Virus record (IMG/VR): IMGVR_UViG_3300009537_001827 | Location: 2,320 to 66,319 of that record | Strand: one strand, 5' to 3' | DNA length: 64,000 nucleotides | Origin: a virus | Position numbers and translations under genes: made by a program | Notes under the pieces: generated by a model | Told to the model about the DNA's origin: nothing | Database searches by the model: none | Seen by the model: only the letters and a program-made list of their open reading frames with translations | Part shown: positions 55,385 to 63,985 of the stretch, one piece after another | How the letters are laid out: every line of letters begins with the position of its first letter | Position numbering within the stretch: position 1 is the stretch's first letter

Positions 55385-56275
55385 CTACATCTGAACGCCA
55401 ACCTCCGTCGCGGAACCGTAGTCGGTGACCTGCCGCTCGACCTCACCCTCCTCGGGATCCGTGTAGCGCAGATCAGGGATGTTCTGCGGCTTCTCCGCCG
55501 ACACATCCGACGCGGGCTTGCCGGTCAGTTCGCCCACGAACCGCGCCTGCTTGCGGGCCACGACCGTCCGCGTTCCGCTCGATGTCTCGATCAGAACATG
55601 CTGCCCATCCGCCGCGACGACCTTGCACTCCCCGAGACCGTGGATCTTCACCCGGTCGCCCTTCAGAAGCTCGACCGACCGGCGGTACGACTCCTCCTCA
55701 CCGCCCTCTTCCTCGTCCTCTTCCTCGTCGTCCATCGCTCCCCCGGGTTCCTCATCCTGCTCCCACCATTTCTTTCCCTCGATCTTCGCGCCGGACGCCA
55801 TGTTGTAATCCTGATCGGCCTTCGGCATGAAGAACGTGTCATCGATGTTCGACGCCTTCGGACCGAACTCGTCCGACTTCATCTTGACCGGAAGCGGGGG
55901 AATGGGCTTGCCCACCAACTCGGACAACAGCGGCGTGCCGATCCTCCGGCGCAACTTCGTCTCCGCCATCATCCCCGCAAGGCCGTGGACGGCCGTCACG
56001 AGTTCATCGACCGCCTTGCGAATGCCCTCGGCGTTCTTCATGTCCGGGGCCTTGTCCACCGTCGCCCGAACCTCCGCCAGAGCATCGATGACCTGCGACA
56101 GGTTCGGAGGTAGGGTCCCACCATTCCCGTTACCTTCGGGCGCGGCCTCGGCACCTCCCTCGTCACCGACCACATCCACCATCGCCTGATCGACGGCATC
56201 CTCGGCATCCTGTTCCCCGAAGGCGACCCGCTCGATCAGCGCACGAGCGTTGAATTTCTTCGACATGATCCTCAT
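55385..56275 (-). CDS. Acidic scaffold/core-like head protein with tag motif and SH3-like domain
   Basis: LIERVAFGEQDAEDAVDQAM; poly-E tract; KGDRVKIHGLGECKVV. Confidence 0.65.
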   Translation of the reverse strand: MRIMSKKFNARALIERVAFGEQDAEDAVDQAMVDVVGDEGGAEAAPEGNGNGGTLPPNLSQVIDALAEVRATVDKAPDMKNAEGIRKAVDELVTAVHGLAGMMAETKLRRRIGTPLLSELVGKPIPPLPVKMKSDEFGPKASNIDDTFFMPKADQDYNMASGAKIEGKKWWEQDEEPGGAMDDEEEDEEEGGEEESYRRSVELLKGDRVKIHGLGECKVVAADGQHVLIETSSGTRTVVARKQARFVGELTGKPASDVSAEKPQNIPDLRYTDPEEGEVERQVTDYGSATEVGVQM

Positions 56276-56301
56276 CTCTCTCTTCGTTGAAGGTTCATCA
56301 G

Positions 56302-56321
56302 AACTGAATCACATCTGATTC
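56302..56321. promoter_or_regulatory. 8-bp inverted repeat (operator or hairpin)
   Basis: CTGAATCA-CATC-TGATTCAG, intergenic. Confidence 0.45.
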
Positions 56322-56329
56322 AGAACCGA

Positions 56330-56809
56330 CTAGAACCGGTTGCCCGACGCCTCCGCCGCCCGGAAAGCGTCCCACATCGCGCCCTCGCGGAGATCGCCCT
56401 TCCAGCCGGGTGGGTAAGCGAGATCCTGCGTGAACTTGCCTGTCCCGGTGAAGTCGGCCGCCGGGGCGACATCGGCGATGGCGTCCCAATCGTCCTCGAC
56501 ATCCGTGGCGGCATGGAGAACGGTCGGGTAAATTTCGTCGGTCCCGGTCGGATCGTGCTTCAGCCTGCGGTACGTCGTACCAGCCGCCAGACGACCAACC
56601 TTCGCATCGAGGTTCCCGAGCATGTCGCTCTTCCGGGTATTGTTGCCCGGGTAGGACGGCCCGTTGCCAAAGGCACCCTCGGCATCGATGTCGTCGGCGA
56701 CCATGTTCGTGCCCCGGGAACCGATCTTGCCCTTCGGCAACAGGAACAACCGCTTGATCGCGTTCAGGTCGGTCGCCGTGCCGATGTGGCTGCGGGGATT
56801 CGGAAACAT
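56330..56809 (-). CDS. Hypothetical virion protein
   Basis: Strong codon bias; GAGG RBS. Confidence 0.7.
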   Translation of the reverse strand: MFPNPRSHIGTATDLNAIKRLFLLPKGKIGSRGTNMVADDIDAEGAFGNGPSYPGNNTRKSDMLGNLDAKVGRLAAGTTYRRLKHDPTGTDEIYPTVLHAATDVEDDWDAIADVAPAADFTGTGKFTQDLAYPPGWKGDLREGAMWDAFRAAEASGNRF

Positions 56810-56883
56810 TGTAGTTACCTCTCGTGGTTGAATGAACGCGGTTATGAAGAACGACTACACTCTCGATCTATTTCTCACCGGCA

Positions 56884-57648
56884 TCATTGCCGTGGCCCAT
56901 ACCCGTAAGCAACTGCTCGTTTCTTGATCTCCTCCGTGAGCTTCTCGACGGCATTCGTACCCTCAGTCACCATGCTTGAGCCATCCATCTTCAGACGACT
57001 CTCCCACTTCCTGCGCGTATGCCCCAATGTCACCTTTGCCAGCGCAAGGCAGAAGTCCATCACCCAATCCTCATCGGTCGAGCGCACATCCGCGAGAGCC
57101 GGTAGCTTCGCATAGCTGTACTCGATCTCGTAAGGCGGGAACGTGTCCCCGTGCCACGCCGGGCTGATGTAGAGGACTCCATGCGTCTTGATGTCCGGTG
57201 GACCTCCCGGATTTTCGTCGATCTCCTCGAAGCGGAACTCCCAATCGAAGTTCGTCGCTGTGGCCCGACGAATGTTCTCGATCTCCGCCGTCCTCGCGAG
57301 GAAGTCCGCCAGAGCATTCGCCGGTCGGGTCGGCAGGATGTTGCCCGGGATCCCGAGCAGCGTCGAGTCGATATTCCCAAACGGGATCTGCTCGACCGGA
57401 CCCCTTACGTCCACCACCCGCTGCCCGAACTCCTTCCCCTCAGCGGTGAGGTCATACCTCTGTTTGCTCGGCGCGACGTTGAACCGATTCCAGCGGATGA
57501 TCGGACGCCACCGGCTATAGACCCTGAGAGCGTGGTCGATGACCGACTCGATATTCGAGTCTTCCCCACTCGTCAATTCTGCATCCACGAGCGGACCACC
57601 GAGGAAACTCTTCAGGTGCTTCTCAACCTGCTTGTCAGTCAGCGGCAT
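56884..57648 (-). CDS. Neck/head-tail adaptor (T4 gp13-like)
   Basis: LGGPLVDAEL...IDHALRVYSRW; WVMDFCLALAKVTLG..RRKW...DGSSM..EG. Confidence 0.8.
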   Translation of the reverse strand: MPLTDKQVEKHLKSFLGGPLVDAELTSGEDSNIESVIDHALRVYSRWRPIIRWNRFNVAPSKQRYDLTAEGKEFGQRVVDVRGPVEQIPFGNIDSTLLGIPGNILPTRPANALADFLARTAEIENIRRATATNFDWEFRFEEIDENPGGPPDIKTHGVLYISPAWHGDTFPPYEIEYSYAKLPALADVRSTDEDWVMDFCLALAKVTLGHTRRKWESRLKMDGSSMVTEGTNAVEKLTEEIKKRAVAYGYGPRQ

Positions 57649-57664
57649 CTATTCTCCGAGTGCT

Positions 57665-57821
57665 GGGACCTAACTGTGAGCGCCAAGTTCTCCGCCCGAA
57701 TGGGAACTATCCGAACGGTTTATCCCCTCTCACAGCTAGGCCCTCGAAAAAGGTGCTGCCGCCACGATGGTCCCGCGACTTTGACCCAACTCACCTCGAA
57801 GGGGGAGCGGTGACGGCAGCA
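57665..57821 (-). ncRNA. Tandem structured RNA elements
   Basis: Closing stems UGCUGCCGUCAC/GUGGCGGCAGCA and GGGCCUAGCUGUGAG/CUCACAGUUAGGUCCC, each with a G-U pair on the minus strand and two inner hairpins. Confidence 0.45.
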
Positions 57822-57832
57822 TAGTAACCCGA

Positions 57833-58153
57833 TCAGACGACGACGTACAGAATTTCCCCCGCTACCGCGCCGGGAGAATCGAGAGTCAGGGCCTCGTTGT
57901 CGCCTCCATCGATGCCGATACCGGGATCTCCGTAAGGCGTCCGCGTGTCTTCGGTCGCGCCCGCCGCGAGCCCAACGACCTGAATCACCGAAGTCGCAAA
58001 CGTCAGAGCCCCCGCTCCGCTCATGTGGAAGCCGAGAATTCTGATCCGACTGCCCACTCCCGGAGCCGCGATAACGACGGTCGCAACCTGTGCCCCTCCG
58101 TAGTTGAAAGTCTCCCGGAGCGCCCCGAACTCGACTGATGCTGGAACCGGCAT
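57833..58153 (-). CDS. Small structural protein, distant paralog of 25109..25414
   Basis: VIAAPGVGSRIRILGF...EALTL...GEILYVVV. Confidence 0.6.
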   Translation of the reverse strand: MPVPASVEFGALRETFNYGGAQVATVVIAAPGVGSRIRILGFHMSGAGALTFATSVIQVVGLAAGATEDTRTPYGDPGIGIDGGDNEALTLDSPGAVAGEILYVVV

Positions 58154-58161
58154 TGATCACC

Positions 58162-58530
58162 TCACGTCAGTTGTGCCAAAATCTCCCACGTCCCGGACTC
58201 ACGTTCGTACCACGAGACGGACAGCATCGAATTCGAAATCGGAAGAGGCGAGAACGGATCCTCGATGTTCGCGTAAGCAATTCCAAAATTGTGCGGAGGG
58301 CTCGTGAACTTGAAGATGTCCGCCGCAAAGACATCGGCGGGCTCAATTCGCCGCGAAGCAAGGATCTCCGAAATCCGATTGAGCGCCTGACCAATGCTCT
58401 GAAACCGTCCGTTGCCGTCGAGACCTGCGTTCCGAAACAGTGAATTGACAAGCTGCCTCTCGCTCTCGGAGAGGGAGTATGTCCCAAGCTGCTCTCTCTT
58501 CAGTGCCCACTCAAGCCACGGCTTCTTCAC
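58162..58530 (-). CDS. Head-region protein with WLEWAL leader
   Basis: MKKPWLEWALKREQ. Confidence 0.7.
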   Translation of the reverse strand: MKKPWLEWALKREQLGTYSLSESERQLVNSLFRNAGLDGNGRFQSIGQALNRISEILASRRIEPADVFAADIFKFTSPPHNFGIAYANIEDPFSPLPISNSMLSVSWYERESGTWEILAQLT

Positions 58531-58913
58531 TTCGTTCCTCCGTTGCGAGCTTCGGCGTGCCGAATAGACTCTCCCTTTCCGTCATCGCCCATGTACGTCT
58601 CGCGCTTATGACGGAACTGTCGAACGCTGAACCCGAGCCCTCCCGCGATGAAACCGAGCCAAAGGCCCCATGCGACAGGCTCGAACACATGCTGATACTC
58701 GATCTGCGTCTCCGGCTTGATTACGAAGACGAATGCAACCTGCACCGCGAGGTAGACGACTCCGGATAGAACCGCGAGCCCCCCGAACAGGACGTACATC
58801 CAGTTCGTCGAAGGCAGATCACGGGCGTACTCCTTCGTCCATTCGAGGAAAGTTGCAGGCGACCTGATGAACTTCCAGACCGCGTTCTTGACCCTCCCAA
58901 CCCACGCAGGCAT
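58527..58913 (-). CDS. Two-TM membrane protein (holin-like)
   Basis: Two TM segments, charged C-terminus. Confidence 0.6.
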   Translation of the reverse strand: MPAWVGRVKNAVWKFIRSPATFLEWTKEYARDLPSTNWMYVLFGGLAVLSGVVYLAVQVAFVFVIKPETQIEYQHVFEPVAWGLWLGFIAGGLGFSVRQFRHKRETYMGDDGKGESIRHAEARNGGTK

Positions 58914-58915
58914 TT

Positions 58916-59407
58916 TTATGGAACCGGATCGTGGAGAAACGAGAACCCCGACCCGACATTCGGGATGAAGATGTCGTACCCCTCCGCGCTGATCACCATC
59001 CGGTGCCCCGTCTCATCGTTGACCGCGCAGACGTACTCCCGCATCGGGCCACCTCCCGCGTACTTGCAGCGACCGATCTTGTATCCCCGCCGCACGCGAG
59101 CGAGAGCGACCGTCCTCTGGATCTCCGAATCGAACGGGACATCCTCCGGGCTAAACTGCTCCCGCTTGTAGCCCTCCTGCATCACGAGATGCCGGGCCGG
59201 GACATCCATCGTCCCCTTCTCCGTCTCGATGGTGCAGAGATCGCCGTCTTCCTTGAGGGCGATCACTTTCCCAGAAATCGGAGAGGGAAGGCCCTGCACG
59301 AGGACACGGTTGCCCACGGCGAAGCTCGGGACCATGTAATTCTCGACCACGGTCTTCGGGTCTTCGCCCCGCTCGATCCGCTTGACGAGTTCTTCGATGC
59401 TGCTCAT
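58916..59407 (-). CDS. Modular protein: tag motif + SH3-like domain + EGYKRE linker
   Basis: LVKRIERGEDPKTVVENYM; FAVGNRVLV; EGYKREQF. Confidence 0.7.
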   Translation of the reverse strand: MSSIEELVKRIERGEDPKTVVENYMVPSFAVGNRVLVQGLPSPISGKVIALKEDGDLCTIETEKGTMDVPARHLVMQEGYKREQFSPEDVPFDSEIQRTVALARVRRGYKIGRCKYAGGGPMREYVCAVNDETGHRMVISAEGYDIFIPNVGSGFSFLHDPVP

Positions 59408-59428
59408 CTTTTGGCCATCTTCCCTTCC

Positions 59429-60433
59429 TCAGTAAGGCATCTCGCCGGGCTGCACCATCCCGGCGGGCACCACAAAGACCTCGTACCGCTTGTGGCTCGT
59501 CTCGGCGACGACGACAGGCTGTCCTCGATACTGGTAAACCGGCCAGAACGGGCCGTAGAAGTACGGACTCGGGATCTCCTTCGGCGTCACGATGTAGCCG
59601 ATGGTGTCACCGACCTCATCGAGGAACCGACCGTAACCGACGTGGCTCGTGATCGTCTTGACCTTTTGAAACTGCTCGTGCTTGAGCGACTCCAGATACC
59701 CGGATGAACTGAGTGCTGCGAGGATTCTCTCCTTCACATCCTCCGGAAGCCCGAGGTCTTCGAGCAGGTAATAGAGCCTCATCGAGTCCCGGCTCGTGTT
59801 GAGGAACCCGAGCACGACATCGATGGCGTACTCGCTCGCCCCCGCCCGTCTGAGCAGGGTTTGTGGCGTGACCTGCTCGTGCCTCAGTCCCCCTCCAAGC
59901 CGCTCGCGCTCCAGAGATTCTCCGATGATTCTCGCGTCCCCCGCTAGGATCTTCTTCATTCCATCAACCGTCTGGATATACAGAATGAAGTAGCCCCGAA
60001 TGGAATCGTGCTCAACTCCGGTAACAATCCCCTCGACTTCCTCTCCGTGCGGCATGGAAGGCCCGTAGACAATCTTCCCTACCGGGTCCTCGTGCATCCG
60101 TCCGTAGCTGAACTGAATCAGCCTGCCTTCCTGCTCAACCGTGGGAATTCGACGCTTGCCTTCGAGATGCTTGAACGCGAATTCGGCGAGCCTCACGATC
60201 TCACCGGCCCCCAGCATCCGGACAAACTTCTCCTTCGTCTCCGGCTTCTGAAGCGCATCGTAGACTTTGAGCAGAGCACTCGCCGTGAAGAGATCGACGG
60301 TATGCCCGGCGACCTTACCCGCCGTGCTCGTGTCCACGATCTTGCGGATCTGCTGGACAGCATCGGGCTCGCCCTGCTCGGTCATGTACCTGCGGTATCG
60401 CTCCCGAAAGATCCGGGAATTCGGCAGCACCAT
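59429..60433 (-). CDS. Modular polyprotein with LRHE/ESLKHE linkers
   Basis: VDLFTASALLKVYDAL domain; GLRHEQ, ESLKHEQ. Confidence 0.7.
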   Translation of the reverse strand: MVLPNSRIFRERYRRYMTEQGEPDAVQQIRKIVDTSTAGKVAGHTVDLFTASALLKVYDALQKPETKEKFVRMLGAGEIVRLAEFAFKHLEGKRRIPTVEQEGRLIQFSYGRMHEDPVGKIVYGPSMPHGEEVEGIVTGVEHDSIRGYFILYIQTVDGMKKILAGDARIIGESLERERLGGGLRHEQVTPQTLLRRAGASEYAIDVVLGFLNTSRDSMRLYYLLEDLGLPEDVKERILAALSSSGYLESLKHEQFQKVKTITSHVGYGRFLDEVGDTIGYIVTPKEIPSPYFYGPFWPVYQYRGQPVVVAETSHKRYEVFVVPAGMVQPGEMPY

Positions 60434-60459
60434 CTCTCTATCCTTGAGTTAGGAACGAG

Positions 60460-60759
60460 TTAGAACGGCAACGCCATCGTTGGGAAGAGGACCGACATGA
60501 TATCTCTCGCGAACTTCTCCTGATCCCGCTCGACTTCTATTCCCAGATCCCGCTCTGCGAAGCCTTCGAGCCTCGCGAACTTCCCCTCATCGTCGGAGTC
60601 CTGAAACTCGATGCTTCCCACGAAGTCGAGGAGTCGGTTCCTCTCGATTTCGCTCAGGCCCCACTCGCCCGAGACGATCCGGAGCTTCCTCACATCCACG
60701 CTGAGTTGCTCCGCTATTCTTCGCTCGCGGAGCACCAGATGTTTGATCCTACGTCGCAC
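60460..60759 (-). CDS. Hypothetical protein
   Basis: GGAAGG RBS; in operon. Confidence 0.6.
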   Translation of the reverse strand: MRRRIKHLVLRERRIAEQLSVDVRKLRIVSGEWGLSEIERNRLLDFVGSIEFQDSDDEGKFARLEGFAERDLGIEVERDQEKFARDIMSVLFPTMALPF

Positions 60760-60768
60760 GAGCCTTCC

Positions 60769-61428
60769 TTAGTAGAAAACGATGTCGGGCCAGCCGTCCC
60801 TGAGCATATCGAAGCAGCTATCTCCACTCGCAAAGAAGTCTGTGCTCGTTGGTGACCGCGAGCCCTCTGCCGCTTCCCAACTTCCATCCTCATAGAGCCT
60901 AATCCAGCGATTGCCCTTCCGCCACAACTGAATGCTCCCTACTCCGGAGGCTCCTGCCTGAGTCTCTTGATACACGTACCCCTCACGTTCAAGAGCATCG
61001 GTGCAGCCTGTCTCAAAGGGAGGAAGTGCTTCCTGTTTCGCTGTCTCTCGCTCGACGATGAGTTCGGGATCGGCTCCCTTCTCAACGGCCTCGACCAGCG
61101 CGTCGATCCTCTTCATGGACTCGGCTCCTATGTAGCTCTCGTTGCCCTTGCCTTCGTGCTCTTCGCACATCGACTCGTCATCGACGAACTGACAGGGATC
61201 GAAGTACTCGCTGATGTCCACGCTCCCGACTTCCATTTTGAAGCTCTCGTGGCCATCACCATCCCAATCGAAGCTGATCGTCCGGGACGAACCCCAATCT
61301 CCGAGGACCTTCATCGTCGCGAGGAGAGCCGTGATCTTATCGACCACACTGACCTGACCCGTGATCTCGAACGTCCGGGTCAGTTTGTCAGGCGCGTACA
61401 GTTCGTGCTTCCTCTTCACAAGTCCCAC
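60769..61428 (-). CDS. Modular protein: tag motif + HicA-like domain
   Basis: LVEAVEKGADPELIVER; DALEREGYVYQ...QLWRKG. Confidence 0.65.
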   Translation of the reverse strand: MGLVKRKHELYAPDKLTRTFEITGQVSVVDKITALLATMKVLGDWGSSRTISFDWDGDGHESFKMEVGSVDISEYFDPCQFVDDESMCEEHEGKGNESYIGAESMKRIDALVEAVEKGADPELIVERETAKQEALPPFETGCTDALEREGYVYQETQAGASGVGSIQLWRKGNRWIRLYEDGSWEAAEGSRSPTSTDFFASGDSCFDMLRDGWPDIVFY

Positions 61429-61739
61429 TCAGGCTCGGGAAGCTCAGCCTCCTTGACCTTCATCATCACGCGACCTTGAGATTCGAGCGGAGGGGTGTAA
61501 TCGAGAAAGTCCTTGAAGGAAATCGCCCCACACTCAACGAGCACATCACGGCGCTCTTCATACGACTTCGCTGCCTTCGCTTTCTCGTTCGCCTCATCCG
61601 CTTCGGGGTGACCGCAATGACCGAACTCTTCCCAACAGTCGCCGCAGAGAGGTCCGATGCAGTACCAGCAGGCTTCCTCGTTGCCGTTGTCGGTCTCTTT
61701 CTTGCAGCGACCGCAGTTCGTCGTCGTCAGCAGGACCAT
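61416..61739 (-). CDS. Zinc-finger protein
   Basis: CGRC, CWYC, CGDC, HCGH. Confidence 0.7.
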   Translation of the reverse strand: MVLLTTTNCGRCKKETDNGNEEACWYCIGPLCGDCWEEFGHCGHPEADEANEKAKAAKSYEERRDVLVECGAISFKDFLDYTPPLESQGRVMMKVKEAELPEPEWDL

Positions 61740-62071
61740 CAGTCGATCAACTCATCGTAGCGGGTGAAGTATTCGTTCAGCGAAATGCGACCGATCCCCT
61801 CAGCCAGTTTCTTCCCTGACTCGACCACCCTCCAGAACCACGAGGCCCAAACCGTCGTCCCCACCCCGACCGTCACTTCGAGATCCGCGTTGTTCGGATG
61901 ATGCCACACATCGGCCCCGGCACGAATGAATCGCGGGTTCAGTTGCGTGTAAAGCTGATCGGTCCGAACGTAGCTGAAGCCAAGGTCCGTGAGTTCCTCG
62001 GCAATGTCGAACTGTGTGATCGGAGGCGTCAATGCGATGGCCTCTGAACCCACATCTTCCTGAGCCAGCAC
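61739..62071 (-). CDS. Hypothetical protein (HicA-like fold?)
   Basis: AEELTDLGFSYVR...DVWHHP. Confidence 0.55.
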   Translation of the reverse strand: MLAQEDVGSEAIALTPPITQFDIAEELTDLGFSYVRTDQLYTQLNPRFIRAGADVWHHPNNADLEVTVGVGTTVWASWFWRVVESGKKLAEGIGRISLNEYFTRYDELID

Positions 62072-62089
62072 CAGTAGAATTGCTTCACA

Positions 62090-62737
62090 TCACCACGCCT
62101 CAGGGTCGAAACCCCATCCCAAAGTGTCCTTCGTATCGAGCCCCCACTCCGTCCAGCCGTCCCGGTGGCCGTTCCGGGCGAAGAGATCGAGCCTCGGACC
62201 CCGGCAGGCCCGCTCGACTATCGCGTAAAACGGCTGCGGCTTCACGGAATGGCCCTCAGGAGGCGCGAACAGGACGCTGGGCACGTCCCGGACCTTGAAC
62301 CGGTTGTTCTTGCCTCTGACGCCAAGTATGGCCGTTTCGTGGCTTCCCCTGAGGTAGAGCCCCAGCCCGATCCTTACGAGGTCTTCCGGGCTCATGACCG
62401 GTTTTCTGGTCCGCTTGAAGATCAGCCGGGCAATGTCCCCCGGCTCAAAATCGAACTCAGTCGCCTTCGTCTTCACCCACACCAACTGCCCGACAGGTCG
62501 GTAGCCCCACGCATCGAGGACCCGGATGTGATCCCCGGCATTGATGTGGTAGCTCGGCACCCACAACCACAGGAAGCCGTTCTTCATCGCCACCTTCGGG
62601 ACCGGGAGCTTCATCATCTGCTCCACGGTCAGCACCGGATAGTGTTCGCGGCTCCGGCTCACCTTCCTCTGCCACAGCCATCCTCGCGGAAATCCCCAAG
62701 GCGGATCGCAAACGATAGTCTTGAATTTCTTAGGCAT
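62090..62737 (-). CDS. MT-A70 family adenine methyltransferase
   Basis: FKTIVCDPPW, HYPVL, LWLWV, WGY, WVK, HE, HSVKP, LDLFAR..GW..WG. Confidence 0.92.
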   Translation of the reverse strand: MPKKFKTIVCDPPWGFPRGWLWQRKVSRSREHYPVLTVEQMMKLPVPKVAMKNGFLWLWVPSYHINAGDHIRVLDAWGYRPVGQLVWVKTKATEFDFEPGDIARLIFKRTRKPVMSPEDLVRIGLGLYLRGSHETAILGVRGKNNRFKVRDVPSVLFAPPEGHSVKPQPFYAIVERACRGPRLDLFARNGHRDGWTEWGLDTKDTLGWGFDPEAW

Positions 62738-63323
62738 CGCGCCGCCTCCCGTTAAGTTGGATGACGCGCCGCCTCATTCGTTCACGCCGGGCAACTGTTT
62801 TTCTCGCTAACCCATTAACTCCCGGATGCGACCCTGCTTGTTCATCTCGAAGAGCGAGAAGAATCTCCGCCTGTTCTCTCTTGATGATTAGGTAAGGAAT
62901 GACCGCTCGAAGAACAGGCCCAAGCGCCTTTCCTGCCAACGTCCATTTGTAGCACGGACGAAAACCTCGCTTGTCCGTGATTTTGTTGATCCAGCCACCT
63001 GCTATCTTCTGCGCCTTCTCCAACAGACGCCGATCAGTATTCGCGGCCTCCAAAACAGGCCAATGATTATCACTCTTCTGGTGCTTGCGAGCCGAGCGAC
63101 GAGCGATGGAACACGACCCCTCCCCATCTATTAGACAGGCAAACCAAGCCGCGTCAATGTCAGAGATTTCTCTCTCTTCTTCCTGTCCCGGAAGGAAGAT
63201 TGTCGGGCTCCCATGTCGCCACCACCTGTGATAGTGTCTCGCACACCAACCCCGGCAATAAGCAGGAGCACCACAATCCTTGACTTTGCACTTCTTCTTG
63301 GAGCGTTTCGTGGTCGCGGACAC
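62730..63323 (-). CDS. Free-standing LAGLIDADG homing endonuclease with N-terminal zinc finger
   Basis: AAWFACLIDGEGSCSI, PYLIIKREQA; N-terminal CxxxxC...CxxHYxRW..HG; lower GC. Confidence 0.85.
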   Translation of the reverse strand: MSATTKRSKKKCKVKDCGAPAYCRGWCARHYHRWWRHGSPTIFLPGQEEEREISDIDAAWFACLIDGEGSCSIARRSARKHQKSDNHWPVLEAANTDRRLLEKAQKIAGGWINKITDKRGFRPCYKWTLAGKALGPVLRAVIPYLIIKREQAEILLALRDEQAGSHPGVNGLARKTVARRERMRRRVIQLNGRRRDA

Positions 63324-63340
63324 GAGGCTCCTCCTTTCGA

Positions 63341-63985
63341 TCAGATGTAATCCATCAAGCTTTCCGGACCTTGGCCAGCTACCGAGGGCAGAGTCGTCAT
63401 CGATGGGCCTCCAAACTCAGCGGCGATCTTCGACACGACCCACTTGCCTTCCGGCGTCACGTAGACGGTCGTTATGTCGCCGCCGTAGCTTCCCTTCTGC
63501 CACACCTGAGAGACACCCTGCTGTCCCTTGTGAACGAAGCCTTTGAACGTGAGGAGCTTCTCGATGTCGAGAGGCCCGAGGACTTCATGTCGCAGTCGGC
63601 CCTCACCGAGGAACTGACGGAGATCGTTCTGAAGCTCGACGGCATCGCCACCAGTCGCGATCTTCTCCGGAGCATCCTCTCCCGGCGTAATGTCGTAGAG
63701 AGCCCACCGGCCATCATGCAGAACCTCGACAGCGGCCACGATCTGCCCGGCACTCCCGAGCTTGAACCAGTAATCCCAAGCCCCCAAGCGATCCCTCGTC
63801 TGGAAGCCATGAGCCCGGAGCACCCGCTCGACCTCGGGATCGGTGGACTCGCGCTTCAGGCTCTCACCGCGCAGACGGTGAGCCTCCCGGAGGACCTCGA
63901 TGACCCGGTTGCCCTCCATCTCGAAGTGCGTCCACAACGACTGCGCGATGAAAGTGTCGTCGTGGCCTTCCTCGATCATCGACAT
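63341..63985 (-). CDS. Modular protein with two HicA-like domains separated by linkers (may start upstream of the window end)
   Basis: ESLKRES, RLRHEV; VLRAHGF..., LLTFKGFVHKGQQG. Confidence 0.65.
   Translation of the reverse strand: MSMIEEGHDDTFIAQSLWTHFEMEGNRVIEVLREAHRLRGESLKRESTDPEVERVLRAHGFQTRDRLGAWDYWFKLGSAGQIVAAVEVLHDGRWALYDITPGEDAPEKIATGGDAVELQNDLRQFLGEGRLRHEVLGPLDIEKLLTFKGFVHKGQQGVSQVWQKGSYGGDITTVYVTPEGKWVVSKIAAEFGGPSMTTLPSVAGQGPESLMDYI

Noticed and set aside
202-63546. Long plus-strand ORFs (e.g. 37420..39111, 21995..23251, 43276..44523, 52984..54204)
   Set aside because: Antisense shadows of GC-rich minus-strand genes; Arg/His/Leu-rich with no recognisable motifs
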